Shown: piece after piece, positions 41,053 through 51,427 of the stretch
Layout of the letters: each line of letters starts with the position of its first letter
Numbering within the stretch: position 1 is the stretch's first letter
From: Nitrospinota bacterium
GTDB lineage: Bacteria > Nitrospinota > Nitrospinia > Nitrospinales > VA-1
Assembly (NCBI GenBank): GCA_038108555.1
Contig: JAYNIA010000002.1
Location: forward strand, 51,232-115,231
Length of the DNA: 64,000 nucleotides
Reading direction: 5' to 3'
Translations under genes and position numbers: made by a program
Notes under the pieces: model-generated
The model's input: only the letters and a program-made list of their open reading frames with translations
Database searches by the model: none
Told to the model about the DNA's origin: nothing

Positions 41053-42984
41053 ATGTTAAGTATAATTCGCGAGCACTCTGAATCATGGTTGATTAAAGGC
41101 ATCCTGTGGTTAATCATTTTTGCCTTTATCGGCACTATATTTTATTCATGGGGAATGGGAGGTTCGACCAGCGCCGGCGGAGGTGTCATCGCTTCTGTGA
41201 ATGGCCAGAAAATTCTGCAGGGAGAATACGAAAAGACATTCAACAATCTCGTTGACTTTTACCGACAACAATTCCGGAATCAGTTTTCCAATGACATGAT
41301 CAAGAAACTGGATCTTAAAAACCAGGCTCTGGAAGCCTTGATCCAGAAAAAAATACTTCTGATTGAGGCGGAAAAACAAAATATTCGAGTTAGTGATGAA
41401 GAAGTTATCACCCGCATCAAGCAATTACCCTTATTTCAAGACAATAAAAAATTCAGTGAGGTCGCCTACAGAAATTTTATTAAGCTGCAAAGACTGACTC
41501 CCGGAGAATTTGAAGAAGGCCAACGGGAAACCATCTTGCTGGACAAACTGGAAAAAATATTCCGCATTAATTCCAAAGCTTCAAAATCTGAAGTGTTTGA
41601 AGAGTTCAGCAAGCAAGAAGACAAAGTAAAGCTTGAGTACGTAAGATTCACCGATGACCACTTCACATCAGATTTAAAAATTACAGACCAGGCTTTGCAA
41701 ACCTATTTTGATGCCAATAAAACCCGGTTTGAAATTCCTCCTCAAATCCGTGTTCAATATATCAAAGTAGTTCCAAACACCTATGAATCTCAAATCGAAC
41801 CCCGGGATGAAGATATCGAGGATTACTATCAAACCAGAATTGCCGATTTTAATGTAAAGAAAAAATATACAGCCAGCCATATCCTCACCCACATAAAGCC
41901 TGCTGATATTGAAGGTGATCTTTCTGATGAAGAAAAACAAAAAAAGGCTGATGAAAAAGCAAAACAAAAATCCATCGAACTTCTTGAAAGAATAAATAAA
42001 GGTGCTGATTTTGGGGAAGTCGCTAAAAAACATTCAGACGATCCCTCATCTGGAGCAAATGGAGGGAGCCTGGGGGAATTTCCAAAAGGAACAATGGTTT
42101 CCTCATTTGAAAAAGCACTCGACGAATTGAAACCGGGCGAAATCAGCCAACCTGTACTTTCACCCTTCGGCTATCACATCATCAAACTCGAAAAGGTTGA
42201 AGAACAAAGAATCAAACCTCTTGAAGAAGTAAAAGATGAGATTGTTCAAATTCTAAAGAAAACCAAGGCCCGGCAACGTGTCAAAAGAATTGTCAAGCGG
42301 GCACACAAGACAGCCCAGCAGGATGGAAATCTTCAAAAAGCAGCAGAAAGCCATGAGCTCACAATGGCGGAAACAGATTTCTTTTCCCGGGAAAACCACA
42401 TGATTCCGGAAATCGGAAACCAACCGGAATTCTTTAACACCGCATTTGGTCTTGAGAAAGGCCAGATCGGCGAGCCCGTAATCACACCGGAAGTGGCTTA
42501 TGTTTTAAAAGTCATTGATGAAAAACCCAAATACATTCCAGAGCTAAGCGAAGTGAAAGACCAAGTGAGAGAGGCACTGGCTACAAGTAACAACCAAAAG
42601 GCAACCAAGCAAAAGTTTGAAGAGCTAAAAGAAAAAATGGCACAGGAAAAAGACCTGGAAAAAACAATTAAAGGATATGATCTTAGTACACGAACCACGG
42701 CATTCTTCAGCATGGCTGAATCCATTCCCGGCATCGGCAACATTGAGGAAATCAAAGAAAAAGCTTTCAGCATGAAAACAGGAGATTTCAGTTCTGCAAA
42801 AGTTCGCAACCGCTTTTATCTATACAAATTGTCTGACATCGAAAAAGCGGGCGCACCTGACAGCGAGCAGGTTCAACAAATTTCTAAAAAGATTAAAATA
42901 GACAAAAGCCGACAAGCATTTCAGGAGTGGGTAAACAATCTGAAGGAAGGCGCAGATATTCTGGTAGACAAAACCCTGCTATAA
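41053..42984 (+). CDS. ppiD: peptidyl-prolyl isomerase PpiD/SurA-like membrane-anchored chaperone
   Basis: N-terminal TM, SurA_N-like region, rotamase ASHIL...GGSLG.F...FGYHIIK. Confidence 0.85.
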   Translation: MLSIIREHSESWLIKGILWLIIFAFIGTIFYSWGMGGSTSAGGGVIASVNGQKILQGEYEKTFNNLVDFYRQQFRNQFSNDMIKKLDLKNQALEALIQKKILLIEAEKQNIRVSDEEVITRIKQLPLFQDNKKFSEVAYRNFIKLQRLTPGEFEEGQRETILLDKLEKIFRINSKASKSEVFEEFSKQEDKVKLEYVRFTDDHFTSDLKITDQALQTYFDANKTRFEIPPQIRVQYIKVVPNTYESQIEPRDEDIEDYYQTRIADFNVKKKYTASHILTHIKPADIEGDLSDEEKQKKADEKAKQKSIELLERINKGADFGEVAKKHSDDPSSGANGGSLGEFPKGTMVSSFEKALDELKPGEISQPVLSPFGYHIIKLEKVEEQRIKPLEEVKDEIVQILKKTKARQRVKRIVKRAHKTAQQDGNLQKAAESHELTMAETDFFSRENHMIPEIGNQPEFFNTAFGLEKGQIGEPVITPEVAYVLKVIDEKPKYIPELSEVKDQVREALATSNNQKATKQKFEELKEKMAQEKDLEKTIKGYDLSTRTTAFFSMAESIPGIGNIEEIKEKAFSMKTGDFSSAKVRNRFYLYKLSDIEKAGAPDSEQVQQISKKIKIDKSRQAFQEWVNNLKEGADILVDKTLL

Positions 42985-42989
42985 GCCGG

Positions 42990-44354
42990 TCAACCCTTCT
43001 CTTTTTTATATAACTTATGGATGGCCAAAACTTTTTTCACTAAAGAGTCCATATCCTCAGCAATCACCCGGATCATTTCTTCTTTCCGGATCCCGCCTAA
43101 ATCATAAATAATATCAGGAACTGAACCAAAAGCTGTTATTGCCTTTTCCGTTCCCCACTCCAGGGAAGACCCTTCACGCGTACGAACTTTTTTCGGTTCT
43201 TTAGCACGATCAAACGAAGCGATTTTATATTTTAACTTTTTACAAATTTTCAATAAAGAATCGGTGTATTTGATATTCATTACGGCCCGCATATTCGGGT
43301 CATGCTGCATGACCGTTAAAACAATATTTGCAACATGGCGTGATCCTCCGAACTGAGGCCTCGCACCTGTAAAAATATCTTCTCCGTTTTTTATAACTCG
43401 TCCGGGTATGGCAAGAACATCCTCATGCCTCCTGGCATTGGTTACCCCCAACCCAATATTCGTTTGGACCTCTGGAACCAAATTTCCAATCCGTTCTTTT
43501 TTAAAAGTTTCAAGAGCCTCATCCAGGTCACTTAATAACTTTGCCTTTTCCAACTCGCTATTCACCGATGCGAAAGGTTCCACACTGTCAATTCCATTTC
43601 CCGAAGAAACACTTCCCAGGATAGCCACACCAATATATTCTTTGGCTTTTTTCACCGCCTCTGGCATATCCAACCCCTGGGCCAGATTGGCGGCTATTGC
43701 TGCAGAAAAAACACAGCCAGTGCCATGGATATCCATTTTTGAAAAACGTTCCGATGAGAAAATCTTAAACCCACTGCCATCTAAAAATAAATCTTCAGCA
43801 TCTCCACCTAAATGGCCCCCGGTTATCAATACCGATCCTGCTCCGGAATTTAAAATTATCCTTGCTGCTTTTTTTCTATCGGCCTGATTTTTGATTTTTA
43901 TACCTGATAGCAGCTCGGCCTCCTTGATATTAGGAGTGACGACAGAAGCAAGGGGGATCAAAGATTTTATTAATGCCTCCACACCCTTTTTCGTCAACAA
44001 ACGTTTTCCCGATGTCGAGGTAACCACAGGATCAACTACCAGATTTTTCAGTCGGCCTTTCTTGACCATTTTCGAAATAAGAAAAACCGTTTCTTCATTG
44101 CCCAACATCCCTGTTTTAACGGCCTGGCATTTTCTGTCCTCCAAAATCGTCTCGAATTGCTCCTTGATGACCTGGGCGGGCAAATCAAAAGTGGATTTAA
44201 CACCCAATGTATTCTGAGAGGTTATGGAGGTAATGATGGTTTTTCCGAAAACCCCAAGGGCCGAAAATGTTTTTAGATCTGCCTGGATACCCGCGCCTCC
44301 TCCCGAGTCGGAACCGGCAATAGTTAAAACGGTATTGATAGTTTTTGAAGACAT
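42990..44354 (-). CDS. thiD: bifunctional HMP/HMP-P kinase ThiD fused to ThiN-type thiamine-phosphate synthase
   Basis: [26 protein letters not shown]-terminal [31 protein letters not shown]. Confidence 0.9.
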   Translation of the reverse strand: MSSKTINTVLTIAGSDSGGGAGIQADLKTFSALGVFGKTIITSITSQNTLGVKSTFDLPAQVIKEQFETILEDRKCQAVKTGMLGNEETVFLISKMVKKGRLKNLVVDPVVTSTSGKRLLTKKGVEALIKSLIPLASVVTPNIKEAELLSGIKIKNQADRKKAARIILNSGAGSVLITGGHLGGDAEDLFLDGSGFKIFSSERFSKMDIHGTGCVFSAAIAANLAQGLDMPEAVKKAKEYIGVAILGSVSSGNGIDSVEPFASVNSELEKAKLLSDLDEALETFKKERIGNLVPEVQTNIGLGVTNARRHEDVLAIPGRVIKNGEDIFTGARPQFGGSRHVANIVLTVMQHDPNMRAVMNIKYTDSLLKICKKLKYKIASFDRAKEPKKVRTREGSSLEWGTEKAITAFGSVPDIIYDLGGIRKEEMIRVIAEDMDSLVKKVLAIHKLYKKEKG

Positions 44355-44443
44355 AGATAGACCTTAAATTTCAAAAAGTGATAAATCAGGAAGGGGTAAT
44401 TTAGCAGACGGTCAGGAGAGCTGGCAATAGAATATTGCCCTTT

Positions 44444-46264
44444 TTAACCTACGGTAACTGATTTTGCCAGCGAACGTGGCTTATCGACATTCCTCTTGAG
44501 AGAAGTGGCAGTAAAATAAGCAAACAACTGACCAATGACGAGTTGAATCAATGGAGCAATCAACGGGGGGACATTGGGAAGAATCAGTTCCTCATTAAAC
44601 AGATCCTGGTTTTTACCCTGCTCCGTAAAATGAATTCCCAGGACAAATCCGGACCGCGCGCGAATTTCTTCAATGCTATGCAGGGTCGATTGGTATAATT
44701 CCTTATTCTCTTTGGGAGGAACAAATACGATTGAGGAAATCTCATCATCAATCATTGCAAGTGTGCCGTGCTTGAGAAACCCACCTGGCATTCCCTCTGC
44801 ATGCACATAAGCCACCTCTTTCATCTTTAACGCAGCTTCCAGGGCGATGGGATAATATATTCCCCGCCCCAAATACAACCAGTTTTTGTTTTTACAATAT
44901 TTGTTTGCAATGCGGTGAATGAAACCCGATCTCTCGTTCAAAATTCCTTGAATAATTGCAGGCAGATCCTTTAAGGATTTTAAATTTTCCTGATAGGTTT
45001 TTTTGGTAATGACCTTTCTCTTCAAACCAAGTTTCATTGCCAGAAGGGTAAGGATCACCATTTGAGACAATGCGGCTTTGGTGCTGATAACACAGATTTC
45101 CGGACCGGATCCTTGCAGAATAACTTTATCGACCATTCTTGCCATTGACGATCCCATCACATTCACAATGGCAGCCGTTTTACCACCTTTAGCTTGCGTG
45201 TGTTTTAAAGCGGAAAGGGTGTCAAAAGTTTCCCCCGACTGTGACATCGCAAACACCAGCGTTTTTTTATCTATATTTGCCAGCGACAAAAACTCATCCG
45301 AACTGATCGGGGGAATAAACTTCCCGGCCAATTCGGAAAAAATATATTGCGCATACTTTGCAACGTAAAAAGTGGTACCCACACCCAAAAAGTAGGACGA
45401 GTCTGTCTTCGCAAACATATCTACAACTTCATCCAAACCGGATGGTTCCAAATCAAGAGCATTGGATATGGTTTGCGGCTGCTCATATATTTCCTTGAGC
45501 ATATAGTGGGGGTAACCGCCCTTTTTAGAGGTCTCACTGTCCCATTCAATCTTTGTGATGGGTTTGGTAACTTCCTCTTCGTTCAATATACTTTTTACAA
45601 CATAGGAATCGCGGGAAAGGATGGCATACTCGCCATCATCAAGGATGACGGCGTTTTTTGTGTGATCTATGAATGCATTGAAGTCAGAACCGACGAATTT
45701 AATTTCATCGCCCAGCCCCAGCATTAACGGCGACTCACGTTTGGCGCAAAAAATCTGACCCGGCAGATAAGTACAAATAAAAGCCAGTGCAAACGTCCCT
45801 TCAATCAGACCGAGGGTTTTAACCAGTGCCTTTTCAGGATTCCGGCTTCTCTTAAAAAATTTCTCTAACAGGTGGGCAATCACCTCGGTATCTGTTTCAG
45901 AGGAGAATTTATACCCCTCCTTCATAAGTGAATCTCTTAAAGGCCGGTAGTTTGAAATGATCCCGTTATGGACCACCGCAAAATTCCCATCACGGGAAGT
46001 GAAGGGATGCGTGTTGCCCTGAGTGACTTTTCCATGCGTTGCCCAGCGGGTATGGGCTATTCCAATATTGCTCTTTTGACGAAGAACATTATGCTTCCGA
46101 TAAAAATCTTCAACCCCCCCAATATCTTTTTTAATGATAAGGTTGGATTTATTCATCAGAGCCACCCCGCAGGAATCGTACCCACGGTATTCGAGATTTC
46201 TGATTCCCTCAAAAAGGAGTTCAGAAATATTTTTCAGCCCGACAACACCACTAATTCCACACAT
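44444..46264 (-). CDS. glmS: glutamine-fructose-6-phosphate aminotransferase
   Basis: MCGI, LEYRGYDS, HTRWATHG, SQSGET, KPRSLAKSVTV. Confidence 0.96.
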   Translation of the reverse strand: MCGISGVVGLKNISELLFEGIRNLEYRGYDSCGVALMNKSNLIIKKDIGGVEDFYRKHNVLRQKSNIGIAHTRWATHGKVTQGNTHPFTSRDGNFAVVHNGIISNYRPLRDSLMKEGYKFSSETDTEVIAHLLEKFFKRSRNPEKALVKTLGLIEGTFALAFICTYLPGQIFCAKRESPLMLGLGDEIKFVGSDFNAFIDHTKNAVILDDGEYAILSRDSYVVKSILNEEEVTKPITKIEWDSETSKKGGYPHYMLKEIYEQPQTISNALDLEPSGLDEVVDMFAKTDSSYFLGVGTTFYVAKYAQYIFSELAGKFIPPISSDEFLSLANIDKKTLVFAMSQSGETFDTLSALKHTQAKGGKTAAIVNVMGSSMARMVDKVILQGSGPEICVISTKAALSQMVILTLLAMKLGLKRKVITKKTYQENLKSLKDLPAIIQGILNERSGFIHRIANKYCKNKNWLYLGRGIYYPIALEAALKMKEVAYVHAEGMPGGFLKHGTLAMIDDEISSIVFVPPKENKELYQSTLHSIEEIRARSGFVLGIHFTEQGKNQDLFNEELILPNVPPLIAPLIQLVIGQLFAYFTATSLKRNVDKPRSLAKSVTVG

Positions 46265-46273
46265 ATTTTCTCT

Positions 46274-47482
46274 TTATTTATGAGTCACAGAATAACAGGC
46301 AGGGATTATTTTCCCCGAATGCACGACCGTACCCGGTTGAATCATATTTCCAGCACCGACCACCACTTCATCTCCAAGAAACGCTCCCAATTTGGACATC
46401 CCCGAAGAAGTGGTAGGGCCTTTTCCATTTCTAACCGATATCGGTTTCCAATCCACCGAGCGATTCACCGTCATACAACCTGAACCGATATCTACATTTT
46501 CACCCAAAACGCTATCGCCGATAAAAGAAAGTCGGCCGATCTGGGTATTATCCATAACCACGCAGTTTTTTAATTCCACGCCACTACCCACCTCACAATT
46601 TTTTCCGAGGGAAGTATAACTTCTAATCAAAGAGTTGTTTCCGATATAGCTGCCCCGCCCAATGGAACAAGGGCCTTCAATAACTGCACCGGCTTTGATC
46701 AAAACTTCATCTTCAATTTTAACAATTCCCTGCAAAGTCACATTGGATTCCAGGGTGGCGGTTTTGGCAATGGAAGACTGTTCCCACGAATCCATTATCA
46801 TTTTATTTGCTGTTAGGATTTCCCAGGGATGAACCACATCCAGCCACTCATCTTCCCACATTGATGCACGCATCCCCTCCCCGGCCACCAATTTCTTTAA
46901 GGCCTTCTCCATGGATGCTCCCGTCGATTCCAACAACTCAAAAAAGGAAGCGGGTAAAATAAAAACCCCGGCCAAAACATAGTTTCCGAGGTTGTTACTC
47001 TTCGGTTTTTCAATGATTTTCGTGATGTCCATCTGCGCATTGAGAAAAACGTTCCCAAACTGCTGATTGGAAGGAGGCAAGCAGATGGATGCTACCGGAG
47101 ATTTAAATGCGTGAAAGGACTGCTGAATTTTACTGAATATATTGTCTGCAGTTAAAATATCTCCATAGAGAAGGAGAAAATATTCCCCAGGAGAAATTTT
47201 ATTCTTTACCTGCATTACGGCATTACCGATGCCGCGACTTTGTTTTTGTTCTACATAATGGATATTTAATCCATCATGATCATGTTCCTGGAGAGCCTCG
47301 ATTATTTTTTCTCTTTTATGACCCACGACAACAAAAATGTCATTGATACCGGAACTTTTTAATAGGTCCAGAGAATTATCCAAAATGGTTCGGCCTGCAA
47401 CACCGATCATGGGTTGCGGTCGTGTGTCTGAAAATGGACTGAGATGTGCTCCCTTACCTGCAGCTAAGATAATAGCTTTCAT
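46274..47482 (-). CDS. archaeal-type GlmU-like sugar-1-phosphate nucleotidyltransferase/acetyltransferase homologue with degenerate motifs
   Basis: NTP_transferase domain (MKAIILAAG, YGD, EKP, W.DV..PW) plus hexapeptide LbH domain. Confidence 0.8.
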   Translation of the reverse strand: MKAIILAAGKGAHLSPFSDTRPQPMIGVAGRTILDNSLDLLKSSGINDIFVVVGHKREKIIEALQEHDHDGLNIHYVEQKQSRGIGNAVMQVKNKISPGEYFLLLYGDILTADNIFSKIQQSFHAFKSPVASICLPPSNQQFGNVFLNAQMDITKIIEKPKSNNLGNYVLAGVFILPASFFELLESTGASMEKALKKLVAGEGMRASMWEDEWLDVVHPWEILTANKMIMDSWEQSSIAKTATLESNVTLQGIVKIEDEVLIKAGAVIEGPCSIGRGSYIGNNSLIRSYTSLGKNCEVGSGVELKNCVVMDNTQIGRLSFIGDSVLGENVDIGSGCMTVNRSVDWKPISVRNGKGPTTSSGMSKLGAFLGDEVVVGAGNMIQPGTVVHSGKIIPACYSVTHK

Positions 47483-47510
47483 TTAGATAAATCCGGTTGG
47501 AAAGAATGCT

Positions 47511-48266
47511 CTAGTTTGAGGGCGAGTTTCTGTTGTTTAGAAGTTGCTCTGCCCGGTTTAAATCGTCTGGCGTATTGATCCCTAAAATCTCATCCCTATC
47601 CATAGTTTGAACGGATGAGACGGGATACCCAGATTTAACTGAGTATTCTATTGTATCGGTCAAATAATACTCTTTCTGAACATTATCATCACCGACAGAA
47701 GATAAGGCTTGAAAAAACAAGCCCTTATCAAAACAATATACTCCGGAATTGAATTCGTCAACATTTTTCTCTTTTTCGGTGGCGTCTTTAAACTCCACAA
47801 TTTTCAAAAAAGAGCCATCCGTATGACGAATTATCCGACCAAAATCGAATTTTCCGGGACTTTTCAGAGTCAAAACCGTACATTTTGCCTGGGTTTCCTC
47901 ATGCTCTCTCAACAGCCGTTCAAGCGTCTCAGGCTTAATTAAAGGCATGTCTCCGCACAGCACAAGAATACGGCCTTCGAAATTTGTCAACGCCTGTTCG
48001 GCCTGTCCTGCTGCGTGCGCGGTACCCAATTGCTCTTTCTGAAGAACGAATTCAAGGTTTCGATCGGAAAATAATTCCTGGACTCGGTCGGCCTGATGCC
48101 CCACGACTACCACAATCCGCTCAGGGTTCAGGCTTTCAGCGGTTTCAAGTACAAATTCGAGTGTGGGCTTTCCGGCTACCGGTATGAGGACTTTTGCGAG
48201 AGAGTTGTTCATGCGGGAACCTTTTCCCGCAGCGAGGATGATGACCGCTAGGTCTTGCTTTTGCAT
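47511..48266 (-). CDS. GlmU N-terminal (UDP-GlcNAc pyrophosphorylase) domain only
   Basis: LAAGKGSRM...KVL, EQLGTAHA, GDMPL, EFNSGVY, EYYLTD, GIN; stops before the LbH domain. Confidence 0.85.
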   Translation of the reverse strand: MQKQDLAVIILAAGKGSRMNNSLAKVLIPVAGKPTLEFVLETAESLNPERIVVVVGHQADRVQELFSDRNLEFVLQKEQLGTAHAAGQAEQALTNFEGRILVLCGDMPLIKPETLERLLREHEETQAKCTVLTLKSPGKFDFGRIIRHTDGSFLKIVEFKDATEKEKNVDEFNSGVYCFDKGLFFQALSSVGDDNVQKEYYLTDTIEYSVKSGYPVSSVQTMDRDEILGINTPDDLNRAEQLLNNRNSPSN

Positions 48267-48529
48267 TTAATTTCGTATTCCGCGATCTTCTTTCTTAAAG
48301 TGTTTCGATTGATCCCCAAAATATTTGCCGCCTGGGTCTGGTTGCCATTGGTTTCTTTCAAAACAATCTCAACCAACGGTTTTTCAATGCCTCCCATAAT
48401 TAATTCGTGGAGGTGTCCGTTGTTTTTTTCATCCATAGCACTGACGTATTGCTTAATAGATTTGTCGAGCCATTTTTCGAGAAAGGTATGTACTTTTTTT
48501 TGAGTGTTTTGCATTTTTGGAGAATTCAT
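48248..48529 (-). CDS. fis: Fis-family DNA-binding protein
   Basis: IEKPL, GNQTQAANILGINRNTLRKK. Confidence 0.85.
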   Translation of the reverse strand: MNSPKMQNTQKKVHTFLEKWLDKSIKQYVSAMDEKNNGHLHELIMGGIEKPLVEIVLKETNGNQTQAANILGINRNTLRKKIAEYEIKCKSKT

Positions 48530-48745
48530 TTATAACCCGGAAATAAAACGCGGCGTCCTCCCCAGGGCTTGGCGTGGCTTGATTGCGGGATATTAGCAAA
48601 CTCCTCAAATACGGTCAAGCGAGGACTTGTTTCTCTTTTAAAGTCACATAATTACAGGTTGCACATTTTCCATGCTCTGGTCTAAGATAAAAGTAAATTT
48701 TTGTTTCATTAGTTTTATCAAAACCCTTTTCAACAAAACCACTGT

Positions 48746-50056
48746 ATGAAAGTCGCTTGTATAACATTGGGGTGCCGAACCAACCAGCACGATACCGCCG
48801 AAATGCAAACCCTTTTGGAAAAAGAAGGATTCGAAATGGTAGGCCAGCAGGAAAAGGCGGATGCCTACGTTATTAACACCTGCACCGTGACCCAGAAAAG
48901 TGACACCAGTTCGCGACAGGCCGTTAAAAAATCTCTTGCCTTAAACCCCGATGCCCTTGTTGTCTTCACAGGGTGTTATGCACAGTTAAATCCCGAAGAA
49001 GCCGCTGAATTACCCGGGCTTGATGTGGTCCTGGGCAACGCGGACAAGCTGGAAATTGCCAATCTCCTCAAACGAAAACTGCAGGACTGGAAAAAATCAG
49101 ATTCCACCGAAATTGTCATGTCCGACATCCATAAAAAAAGGATTTTTAGAACCATACCGGTAAAAAATTTTCAGGGCATGACCAAGGCTTTCATAAAAGT
49201 GCAAACCGGTTGCGATGAGAAATGCTCCTTCTGTACCGTGGTGAGGGCTCGCGGTAAATCGGTCAGTGACAGCCGGGAAAACATTATCAACAATGTTCAG
49301 GAAGCCATCGATTCTGGTTTTAAAGAAATCACATTGACCGGAATAAACCTGGGTACTTGGGGGATGGATACGGGCGAAACCTTCTCTTCCCTGGTTCACG
49401 ATATCATTCAACTGCCTGGGGATTTCAGGGTGAGATTGAGTTCCATCAATCCTATGGAAATCGAAAATGACCTGATTCGATTGATCGCGGAATCAGAAAA
49501 AATCTGTTCCCACCTTCACATTCCCCTGCAAAGTGGGGACAATGAAATTCTGAAACGGATGCGGAGAAACTATACCCGCGAACAATATATCGATGTTGTC
49601 CACCGAGCTATGAATGCCATTCCCAATCTGGGATTGGGTGCTGATGTCATCGTGGGGTTTCCAGGAGAAACCGAAGAAGCGTTCGAAAATACTAAAAACA
49701 TTATCGAAGAACTCCCCTTCACCTATCTTCATGCCTTCCCTTATTCCCCCAGACGAGGGACCGAAGCCCATCAATATAAGGATAATGTTCCCGGGAACAT
49801 TAAAAAGGATCGCAGTAAAATTTTGAGTCAATTGGTGGAAGCCAAAGGAATGGAATTTAGAAATAAAGCCCTGAATACAACGACAACGGTTCTCATAGAA
49901 AATCAGCGTGACAAAAAAAGTGGAATGCTTAAAGGGCATACAGACAATTATATCCCTATCAGCCTGGACGGACCGGATATTCTTAAAAACCGTCTTATTC
50001 CAATCACCCTGCAAAAAGTTTCAGGAAATCACGTTGAAGGATGCGTCCTCTCATAA
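48746..50056 (+). CDS. mtaB: tRNA t6A37 methylthiotransferase MtaB
   Basis: TLGCRTNQHD, INTCTVT, KVQTGCDEKCSFC, H.FPYSPR.GT. Confidence 0.9.
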   Translation: MKVACITLGCRTNQHDTAEMQTLLEKEGFEMVGQQEKADAYVINTCTVTQKSDTSSRQAVKKSLALNPDALVVFTGCYAQLNPEEAAELPGLDVVLGNADKLEIANLLKRKLQDWKKSDSTEIVMSDIHKKRIFRTIPVKNFQGMTKAFIKVQTGCDEKCSFCTVVRARGKSVSDSRENIINNVQEAIDSGFKEITLTGINLGTWGMDTGETFSSLVHDIIQLPGDFRVRLSSINPMEIENDLIRLIAESEKICSHLHIPLQSGDNEILKRMRRNYTREQYIDVVHRAMNAIPNLGLGADVIVGFPGETEEAFENTKNIIEELPFTYLHAFPYSPRRGTEAHQYKDNVPGNIKKDRSKILSQLVEAKGMEFRNKALNTTTTVLIENQRDKKSGMLKGHTDNYIPISLDGPDILKNRLIPITLQKVSGNHVEGCVLS

Positions 50057-50919
50057 CACTCATCACCGACTTCGGCCTGGATGACCCCTTTGTGGGTATC
50101 ATGAAAGGTGTCATTTTAAACATTGAACCCAACGCCCAAATCGTTGACATCACCCACAACATAGAACCGCAAAATATAAATCAAGCGGCCCGGGTTTTAA
50201 ATGCCACCTTTCCCTGGTATCCCAGGAAAACCATACATATTGTTGTTGTCGATCCGGGGGTGGGAGGCCTCGAAATTAAAAAGCCAAAAGAAACCAAAAA
50301 CAAGCCTGTAAAATTAAAAAGTAACAAGCTCTCTTTAATCTCAGAAGGCCGGGGACCGGTGGGGAAAAAACCCGTGGTAGTACAATCCCAATTCCAAACT
50401 TTTATTGGACCGGACAATGGCGTACTCACTGCGGCCCTAGATCAAAAATCCAGAGCCTATAAAATCAACAATCCAAAATATTTTTTGAAAAAAGTTTCCA
50501 ATACATTTCATGGGCGAGACATCTTTGCACCCGTTGCAGCGTGGATAGCCTCAGGGGTTCCCGCATCTAAAATGGGACCTCGTCTTCTCAAGCCCACTCG
50601 ACTGGATTTACCGGAGGCCCTCCAGAAAAACAAACAGATTGAAGGTGAAATCATTTACATCGACCATTTTGGAAATGCCACCACCAACATACCGGCAGAT
50701 TTAATCGATGAAACTTTTGCATCATCCGATAAAATAGAAATTAGTATCGGTAAGAAAAAATTAAACGGAATCGTCACGGGTTATTATCAGGTCAACCTCA
50801 GGCAGCCTGGAGCCATATTGAACAGCTGGGACCAGCTTGAAATTTTCTGCCGCGAATCAAGCGCCGAAAAAATACTGAAACTAAAAACCGGACAGAGCGT
50901 CACCCTCAAGGAAAAGTAA
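50041..50919 (+). CDS. SAM hydroxide adenosyltransferase / DUF62 family
   Basis: TLITDFG, DITH, VVDPGVG, GPDNG, TFHGRDIFAP, IDHFGN. Confidence 0.9.
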   Translation: MRPLITLITDFGLDDPFVGIMKGVILNIEPNAQIVDITHNIEPQNINQAARVLNATFPWYPRKTIHIVVVDPGVGGLEIKKPKETKNKPVKLKSNKLSLISEGRGPVGKKPVVVQSQFQTFIGPDNGVLTAALDQKSRAYKINNPKYFLKKVSNTFHGRDIFAPVAAWIASGVPASKMGPRLLKPTRLDLPEALQKNKQIEGEIIYIDHFGNATTNIPADLIDETFASSDKIEISIGKKKLNGIVTGYYQVNLRQPGAILNSWDQLEIFCRESSAEKILKLKTGQSVTLKEK

Positions 50920-50926
50920 ATTCTTA

Positions 50927-51397
50927 ATGAAAGCTCAGGACCAGGGTATAAAAATCGTCTGCCAGAATAAAAAGGCCCGGCATAACTACAACATCGAAGA
51001 CACGTTTGAGGCCGGTCTGGTTTTGCGGGGCACTGAAGTCAAGTCCTTGAGAAACGGGAAAGCAAATCTGGTGGACAGCTATGCCACCATTGAAGGCGAA
51101 GAAGCCTGGTTGAACAATTTCCACATCGACCCTTATACCCCCGCAACTCAGTTCAATCACCATCCCATGCGAAAACGCAAATTGTTATTGCACAAAAAGG
51201 AAATCAACAAACTCATTGGCAAAACCCAGGAAAAGGGATGCACCCTGGTTCCTTTAAAAATTTATTTCAAAAATGGAAAAGCCAAGGTGGATATGGGTAT
51301 CGCCAAAGCTAAAAAACTTTACGACAAGCGTGCAGCTCTTAAAAAACAGGAATCTGACCGCGAGATCGATCGCGCCATAAAATCCAGAAACCAGTAA
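50927..51397 (+). CDS. smpB: SsrA-binding protein
   Basis: NKKARHNY, EAGLVLRGTEVKSLR, RKLLLHK, YDKR. Confidence 0.97.
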   Translation: MKAQDQGIKIVCQNKKARHNYNIEDTFEAGLVLRGTEVKSLRNGKANLVDSYATIEGEEAWLNNFHIDPYTPATQFNHHPMRKRKLLLHKKEINKLIGKTQEKGCTLVPLKIYFKNGKAKVDMGIAKAKKLYDKRAALKKQESDREIDRAIKSRNQ

Positions 51398-51427
51398 TCC
51401 AAATTTTTAATCAAGTGAGAAGATAAG

